DNA from: Anaerolineae bacterium
GTDB taxonomy: Bacteria; Chloroflexota; Anaerolineae; B4-G1; SLSP01
Direction: 5' to 3'
NCBI GenBank assembly: GCA_035420085.1
Contig: DAOLUH010000022.1
Coordinates: 7,930 to 71,929, forward strand
Length of the DNA: 64,000 nucleotides
Part shown: positions 58,328-64,000 of the stretch, in pieces
Position numbering within the stretch: position 1 is the stretch's first letter
How the letters are laid out: each line of letters opens with the position of its first letter
Program-made: the position numbers and the translations under genes
Notes under the pieces: model-generated
Seen by the model: the letters and a program-made list of their open reading frames with translations, nothing else
The model's database searches: none
Told to the model about the DNA's origin: nothing

Positions 58328-59503
58328 CTACCGGGTGTTGAAAGTGAGTCCGGCGCGCACGGCAGCCGCCTTCATCACCAGCGTCGCATAACACCCGGAT
58401 TGTAGCGTGAAGTTCACCGTAATAGCCTGACGACCGGGCGCATATTCGTCGGCGAAAGGTTCAGAGATGGCGACATCTGCGGGCGCAAACCAGACCGCAC
58501 GCTCGCCTTTGGCGAGATAGACACGCCGCAGGATACGCGCCTTGAAATCGTGCAACGTCAATCCTTCCACTGCAAAAACAGCCTCCGCCGCCTCGCCAAC
58601 CTCGCCTTCATAACGCGCCGTCAACCTCGGCAGATCAATTTCCAACGCTCGCACGCTGCCGGGTACTTCATGCGATGCGGGCAAGGGGAAAGGTGTATTG
58701 ACAATGTCAAGCGTGGGCGATACGGGGACGGCGCGCTCCAGGCAACGCGCGGCGATGTGATTCCACACCCAGGATTGGTAAGCCGCCAGGTAAATCGAGA
58801 GCAGGCGATCCTGGATCAAGTTGACGGTCTTGCCGTAGTCGTGAGGATGATCCTTGAGGTAAGTGATCACGCTGCGCAGATTCGAGGGACGCGGAGCCTG
58901 ATGCAACAAAAACCCCCACTGTCCCCAATGGCTCTTCACCAACGCCTTGAATTCGCGGATGTCGGCGGGGTCGCCGAGCATGGGTTCTTCCAGGTACAGG
59001 CGCACGACTTGCTCGGCATCGCGCAGCAGAATTGCCTTGCCGATGAAGCCGTTTGCAGTCCACGAGCCAAACCGCTGCTCGTCGAAATAATTGGGGAGAC
59101 CCTCGGCCTCCAGCTTGCGCAGCGCGTCCGTCAGCGTGAGCGCCTCTTCTGCCGACAGGTCGCGCGCGACGACGGTAAAGCGGTTATCCAAAACATCCTT
59201 GGGTTGCAGGGCGCGCGGTCCCCATTGCACCCGCTGCGCGACAAAACCCTTGTCCTTGATCTGCTCCGGCCCGCGTTTGCGCACGCTGGCATACTGAATC
59301 GCCACGGCGCTGGCATCCTTGAGCGCCGGAAATACGACCATGCTCGGTGTGAGTTTTAGCCGCGCCGCAAGCCGATCGCGCACAGCCAACGTGGACATAT
59401 CGCGCTTCTCGACGCGGTAATAAGCATACGCGCCGCGGTCTCCGGGCAAATGAATGTGTTCCTCGACCTGGAAATCTTCGGGAATATGCTTGATACGCAT
59501 CAA
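58328..59503 (-). CDS. truD: tRNA pseudouridine(13) synthase
   Basis: IKHIPEDFQVEE and PNYFDEQRFG. 391 aa. Confidence 0.9.
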   Translation of the reverse strand: MMRIKHIPEDFQVEEHIHLPGDRGAYAYYRVEKRDMSTLAVRDRLAARLKLTPSMVVFPALKDASAVAIQYASVRKRGPEQIKDKGFVAQRVQWGPRALQPKDVLDNRFTVVARDLSAEEALTLTDALRKLEAEGLPNYFDEQRFGSWTANGFIGKAILLRDAEQVVRLYLEEPMLGDPADIREFKALVKSHWGQWGFLLHQAPRPSNLRSVITYLKDHPHDYGKTVNLIQDRLLSIYLAAYQSWVWNHIAARCLERAVPVSPTLDIVNTPFPLPASHEVPGSVRALEIDLPRLTARYEGEVGEAAEAVFAVEGLTLHDFKARILRRVYLAKGERAVWFAPADVAISEPFADEYAPGRQAITVNFTLQSGCYATLVMKAAAVRAGLTFNTR

Positions 59504-59516
59504 CAGTATCCTCAGA

Positions 59517-60194
59517 CTAAGGTGTTGTTGTAGCCGCCGAAGTGGGCAGCGGGGCCGGAGTCGGCGTAGGCATCTCTTTAACGAAGATGACGTGCCGGAA
59601 TCCCAGGCTCAAGATGAGCGAACGCAGCACATTGCGCGCATTATCCTCCGCCGTTTCCAGCAAACCGTTCTCAATCGCCGCCTGGAGCATCAACCGCTCA
59701 GCTTCCTGACGCGCGGACGTCTCCAATTGCGCGTTCATCCCTGCCACCCCAGTACGCCGGTCATACACATACGTGCGGCTATTATCCAGAGTGGCAACGA
59801 AGACCTCTGCCGGCGGCAGACGCACATAAACCGTTCCGTCATCGGTCGTTTGCAAGTCACTGGGACCGATTTGGGATAGATCAACACCGGCGATCATCTT
59901 GCCGTAGGCAATGAGAAGCAATTTGTCGCCGAACAGAAACCCCAATGGCCCCTGACCGGATTCGGCGGTGATGACCTTCTCGATCTGGTACGAAGCGGTC
60001 TCCAGGCGGCTCAACGCCTGCACGCCTTCGATCACCGTCGCCGCGCTCGGATAGATGGTGGGGGTCGGTTGTGGCAAGAGCTTTTGCGGATCAAGAGTGA
60101 CCCGTGGAGTCCGTGAGAGCATAAATAGCCATATCCCGACAATGACGATTGTTACCGCCCCCACCCACATCAAAACACGTCCGAGTTTCGACAT
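59517..60194 (-). CDS. DUF4230-like membrane-anchored protein
   Basis: Start MSKLGRVLMWVGAVTIVIVGIWLF. SRLETASYQIEKVI pattern. Confidence 0.55.
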   Translation of the reverse strand: MSKLGRVLMWVGAVTIVIVGIWLFMLSRTPRVTLDPQKLLPQPTPTIYPSAATVIEGVQALSRLETASYQIEKVITAESGQGPLGFLFGDKLLLIAYGKMIAGVDLSQIGPSDLQTTDDGTVYVRLPPAEVFVATLDNSRTYVYDRRTGVAGMNAQLETSARQEAERLMLQAAIENGLLETAEDNARNVLRSLILSLGFRHVIFVKEMPTPTPAPLPTSAATTTP

Positions 60195-60372
60195 AAAATC
60201 TGCCCCTTCTTGCAAAGCGAATCGGCAACTCGCTCTACAAATACCGGATAAACTACTGCAAGCATACTACGATTTAGCCACTCCGTCAACAGGCCCAAGC
60301 CATGATCGCCACGCCCCCCGCAACTTTTGTCTATCCCATCCGTATTACTCCATATATAGTTGAAGGGAGGTT

Positions 60373-61182
60373 ATGATGAAGAAGATAGAACTGACGCGAC
60401 TGGCAACCCTGGTGGTCATCCTGCTCCTCACTCTGGGGTGTGCGACCACCAGTATCAGCGTCAATACTGTTACTGTGGAGGAACTGAAAAACGAATCGCA
60501 GACCGTGGAATTGGGCGACGCCGAACAGGTCAAGGTGATCGTCAAGATGGGCGCCGGCGACCTTAACATAGACCAGGGTGCGGACGCGCTCATGCAAGCA
60601 GATTTCACATATAATGTGGCGGGATGGAAGCCAGAAGTCAGCTACGACGTTGCCGATGGAACGGGACGGCTCACCGTCCGCCAGCCCAACGCCGAGCAGA
60701 TCTCGATGCGCAGCGACGCCCGCTACAAATGGAAGCTCGCGTTCAACGCGGAAGTCCCCTTGGATATGCGCATTGAGCAAGGCGCAGGAACCGGCGATGT
60801 TGACCTGGGTGCTCTCAACGTCACGCGGCTAGACGTACAACTGGCAGCCGGCGACTTTACGCTCGATCTGAGTGGCAATCGCAGCCTGAGAAATCTGGAA
60901 TTCGATATGGGCGCCGGGAACATCACCCTCGATCTGAACGGCGACTGGACAGAGAATGTCAATGCTGACCTGCAGGGCGGCATCGGACAGACAACCCTAC
61001 GTCTGCCCAAAGACATCGGCGTCCGCGTGACGGCCAACAAGGCGCTCGGACGTATCCACGTGACCGGTTTGAGCCAACAGGGCGACGCCTACGTCAACGA
61101 AGCCTACGGCAAATCTGATGTGACGCTGGAAATCAACATCCAGGCTGGCGTCGGTCGGATCAATCTGGAAGTTGTAGATTGA
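60373..61182 (+). CDS. Toast-rack / DUF2154-like lipoprotein
   Basis: GGGAGG RBS. LLLTLGC lipobox. Repeated G.GD..LDL beta-strand units. Confidence 0.55.
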   Translation: MMKKIELTRLATLVVILLLTLGCATTSISVNTVTVEELKNESQTVELGDAEQVKVIVKMGAGDLNIDQGADALMQADFTYNVAGWKPEVSYDVADGTGRLTVRQPNAEQISMRSDARYKWKLAFNAEVPLDMRIEQGAGTGDVDLGALNVTRLDVQLAAGDFTLDLSGNRSLRNLEFDMGAGNITLDLNGDWTENVNADLQGGIGQTTLRLPKDIGVRVTANKALGRIHVTGLSQQGDAYVNEAYGKSDVTLEINIQAGVGRINLEVVD

Positions 61183-61187
61183 TTTCT

Positions 61188-61235
61188 AACCTTGCGAAGG
61201 TGTGCGAACAAGTTCGTCTAAACCTTCGCAAGGTT
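61188..61235. repeat. Hairpin AACCTTGCGAAGGT - 19-nt loop - AACCTTCGCAAGGTT between convergent genes. The right arm encodes the last five codons of the minus-strand gene and is directly followed on that strand by its stop.
   Basis: Read directly. Same core as 48011-48042. Confidence 0.7.
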
Positions 61236-64000
61236 TGAGGAATTTTCGTCGAGCCACACCGTCAGCGCCAGCGACAAGAAGAAGACGAACGCCAGATCAA
61301 TCACGAAGTACGCCGCGTCCACCATCCCGTGCGCGAGGAAATCCACCATCGAGGCCATCACGCCCAGCGCCAGCGCCCGCGATTCGGGGCTGGCGCTGGC
61401 GCGCAGCGGCCACACTTTGCGCCAGAACGACGCCTGCAATCCCACAAACACCAGTAGCCCCAAAATGCCAAGCCGCGACGCAAAATCCATAACGACGTTG
61501 TGCGGATGCGCGAGGTTGAACTCTTCCCAGGCCGTGGGCAACACGTAGCGGGTGCGATAGGCGTAGAGGAAGTTATCCGGCCCAACGCCTAGAAGCGGAT
61601 AGTCGCGGATCATTCCCCACGCGCTGTGCCACAGCGAGAGCCGGAAGCCGGTTGTGCCGCCGCTCAGATCGAACATCCCGGCAAAACGTGGCGTGCGCAG
61701 CAGCGGGATCAGCGCCACGCCGCCAATGAGCAACACAACCGCCGTCGCCCGCCGCCACTTTGGCCCGCCGAGGACGCCCAACAGCAGCAGCGCCGCCGGG
61801 ATGCCCAAGACAATCGCGCCGCGCGAGAGGCTCAGCAGCAACGCCGCCCCCACCGGCGCGCACGCCAGCGCGTATAACCAACGCCGTCCCTGCGTAGTCA
61901 CCACTTCAGTGGTTCCAGAACGGCTGAAACCGTTACTACACGCACCGCCGCTGAAGAACACTATCGCCAGCATCAACGGCAACGCCCGTCCCAAATACAG
62001 CCCCACGTTGTTGGGCGAACCATAGATGCTGCGCAACCGCTGCACCCCGCCCTCCGCCGTGATCACGTCGCCCAGGACAAAATACTGCACCAATCCCACC
62101 ACCGCCACCAGCACCGCGCTGCACACGAAGGCGTCAATGATGCGCCAACGCTCGCGCTTCTCCAACGGCAGAGTGATCAGCGCCAGGTAAAACAGCGCCG
62201 GTTCGAGAATCACCAGGCGCAGTTCGCGCAGCGCCTCGCGGGGATGCTGCGCGAAAAGCGTCGAGAGCGCCGCCACAACGACGAACGCCGCCACCCACAT
62301 CACCTGGCGACGCGGGAGACGCGGGCGTTTGCCCTCCCGCCACAGCCCCACAACCTGCACGAAGCTCCCCGCCAGCGTGGGCAGCAGCACCAGTTCCGCC
62401 AGCGAGAACGACTTGCCGAGCAGCGACAGCGGGTGCATATACAGCGGCGCGGCGAACATCGTGAGCATCAGGCCCAGGCCAGGCCGCAGGAAGACGATGA
62501 GCGAGACCAACGCGCCCGCGCCAAGCGTCAGCAACAGCCACGGCGAGAAGTAGTACATCCCCGCCGCCAGCAGCAGCACGACCGACTCGCCGCCATCCCC
62601 CAGACGACGGAAGACGCCCTGCCCCATCATCACTTGCCACGCGGCGAAGAGGTAGACCGCGCTCAACGCGCCGGTGAACACGATCTGCCCGCCGGCGCGC
62701 AGCCAACGCCAGACTTTGAGCGCACCGTGACCCAGACGGCCCCAATCCACACGCCGCCCGGCGAACACAGACACAGCCAATCCTGCCAGACCGAGCACTG
62801 TCAGCGCCGCATACCCACGCGCGAAGACGGCGGTTTCAGGCTGATTGGCCACGCGCCAATCGGCAAGCGCCCACTGCCCCCACCCCCGTTCAGCGATCAC
62901 TTCGACGGTATGACGCCCGTAGGGGAGATATTCCGCCAGCGGGACGGTCGCCACGGCAGCCAGCGGATCGTAGAGGACGACGTAGGCGCGGCCATCGCGG
63001 TCGCGGGGGAGCGAAGGGGCCGACGCGCCATCCACGGCGACGAAGAGGAATGCGCGGTACGGCCCGCGCCGCACCGTCAGCGCGACGCCCGTGCCCTCGA
63101 AGGTCAGCGTCACGCGGTCGCCGCTTTGGCCGATGTCCGCGCCTTGCGGGCCGAGCGTCCACGTGCCCGCGAAATCCGCCAGTGCTGTGCCGGCGTTGTA
63201 ACCGCCGGGCGTCGCCACACGCGGGCGCGCGTTCCACGCGCGCAACGCCGCGTAGACCGGGCGCAACGCGCCGTCTGGCTCCGCCAACGCGAAGCCCCAG
63301 TGTTCCTCGGCGTTGGGGACGCCGCCAGCGACGCCACTCTCCGGGCGCGGCTGGAAACCGTTGACGCACATCACGCCCAACCAGGGCCACTCGCGCTCGG
63401 CCCGCGCCAGCGCCGCGACGGTGTAATCCGCCTGGGTCGTCTCGTCCACACTGCCCCAGATCGAAGCGGGACCGGGCCAGTCGGCGGGTTTGCTGTTCCA
63501 CCCGAAATGGCTGATCCACACCGCCTTGCTCCCATCGCCGTGCGCTTGCAACGCCTCGCGGATCAGGATCGCCCGCGAGAAGTTGAACGTGTCACGACCT
63601 GCTGTGCGATCTTCCGGGCTGGCGGAAAAGCCATAGGGCTGCGCGGCGACCACATCGAAATACGGTTGCGCGCCAGCGACGTAGAGCATTTCCAGGAAGA
63701 TGTCTTCGGCGTAGTTGCGGTCGCCCGTTTCGACGGTGGGCGCGAGGCTGCCGAGGACGATGCGCGCGTCGGCGTCGGCGGCGCGGATGGCCTCTGCTGC
63801 ACCCGCGAGCAGTGTGGTGTAGGCGTAAGCGTCGGCGTGACCGCCCCAGGCGTCGCCGAGGTTGGGGTTGTGCCAGATTTGATAGTAGGTGAGGGTATCG
63901 CCGTAGCGGCCAGCGAACGCGCCGGCAAAGTGGGCAAAAGCCGCAGGGTCGGGCGGCATCCCGGCCCACGCAGGCGCGGTATCGAGGACGGCGATCAAGC
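61218..64000 (-). CDS. Fusion protein: N-terminal glycoside-hydrolase-like TIM-barrel region plus beta-sandwich plus C-terminal O-antigen-ligase (Wzy_C) polytopic domain; 5' end probably outside the window
   Basis: The ORF is open to the window edge. YYQIWHNPNLGDAWGG..ISHFGWN (GH-like). LSLSRGAIVLG..LSLWHSAWGMIRDYPLLGVGPDNF..AHPHNVVMDF (O-antigen ligase). Confidence 0.7.
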   Translation of the reverse strand, partial: LIAVLDTAPAWAGMPPDPAAFAHFAGAFAGRYGDTLTYYQIWHNPNLGDAWGGHADAYAYTTLLAGAAEAIRAADADARIVLGSLAPTVETGDRNYAEDIFLEMLYVAGAQPYFDVVAAQPYGFSASPEDRTAGRDTFNFSRAILIREALQAHGDGSKAVWISHFGWNSKPADWPGPASIWGSVDETTQADYTVAALARAEREWPWLGVMCVNGFQPRPESGVAGGVPNAEEHWGFALAEPDGALRPVYAALRAWNARPRVATPGGYNAGTALADFAGTWTLGPQGADIGQSGDRVTLTFEGTGVALTVRRGPYRAFLFVAVDGASAPSLPRDRDGRAYVVLYDPLAAVATVPLAEYLPYGRHTVEVIAERGWGQWALADWRVANQPETAVFARGYAALTVLGLAGLAVSVFAGRRVDWGRLGHGALKVWRWLRAGGQIVFTGALSAVYLFAAWQVMMGQGVFRRLGDGGESVVLLLAAGMYYFSPWLLLTLGAGALVSLIVFLRPGLGLMLTMFAAPLYMHPLSLLGKSFSLAELVLLPTLAGSFVQVVGLWREGKRPRLPRRQVMWVAAFVVVAALSTLFAQHPREALRELRLVILEPALFYLALITLPLEKRERWRIIDAFVCSAVLVAVVGLVQYFVLGDVITAEGGVQRLRSIYGSPNNVGLYLGRALPLMLAIVFFSGGACSNGFSRSGTTEVVTTQGRRWLYALACAPVGAALLLSLSRGAIVLGIPAALLLLGVLGGPKWRRATAVVLLIGGVALIPLLRTPRFAGMFDLSGGTTGFRLSLWHSAWGMIRDYPLLGVGPDNFLYAYRTRYVLPTAWEEFNLAHPHNVVMDFASRLGILGLLVFVGLQASFWRKVWPLRASASPESRALALGVMASMVDFLAHGMVDAAYFVIDLAFVFFLSLALTVWLDENSSNLAKV

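Overview
High-GC bacterial chromosomal segment. Hand counts of single 60-nt lines give about 60-67% GC in typical genes. About 49 protein genes are supported. I saw no rRNA, tRNA, CRISPR array, transposase or integrase. Many GT-C/GT39 envelope glycosyltransferases, PT-linker lipoproteins and LysM/G5 proteins suggest a Chloroflexota-like organism, but that is only a taxonomic guess.

Layout:
- 1-9.1 kb: envelope glycosylation genes (GT39, YfhO, mtlD, a secreted protein coupled to a second GT39).
- 9.1-10.5 kb: low-GC FGE/SUMF1-like gene.
- 10.5-19.9 kb: tight six-gene minus-strand operon, DUF4956 / CotH / VTC polyP-polymerase domain / CotH / lipoprotein / CotH.
- 19.9-26.5 kb: housekeeping genes (ogt, trmH-like, LysM, efp, cca).
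- 26.6-31.2 kb: three PD40-propeller lipoproteins.
- 32-39 kb: sugar genes (kduD, PPi-PFK, xylB, GH2).
- 39-44 kb: poorly characterised cluster with an orphan glycyl-radical-activase-like radical SAM gene.
- 44-48 kb: degV, azlCD, alkaline phosphatase, epimerase.
- 48.1-54.1 kb: lower-GC defence islet. It holds an MNT nucleotidyltransferase with a decayed partner, a DUF2357/McrC-like nuclease, a 929-aa multi-sensor EVE-McrB-like GTPase and an ADP-ribosylglycohydrolase.
- 54-64 kb: GT39, murJ, MBL hydrolase, truD, DUF4230, toast-rack lipoprotein, and a GH-like/O-antigen-ligase fusion.

Most interesting:
1. The McrBC-like module. Its McrB homolog has an unknown N-domain, an EVE module and a ~135-aa insertion in the AAA+ core, plus a sharp intragenic GC break.
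2. The CotH/VTC/DUF4956 operon.
3. A pervasive family of phased tandem 7-, 8- and 9-mer arrays and hairpins sitting exactly at gene boundaries. Some are translated in frame, some encode a signal peptide, and some donate stop codons, a -35 box or an SD leader.
4. An apparent 2-nt frameshift in the YfhO gene.
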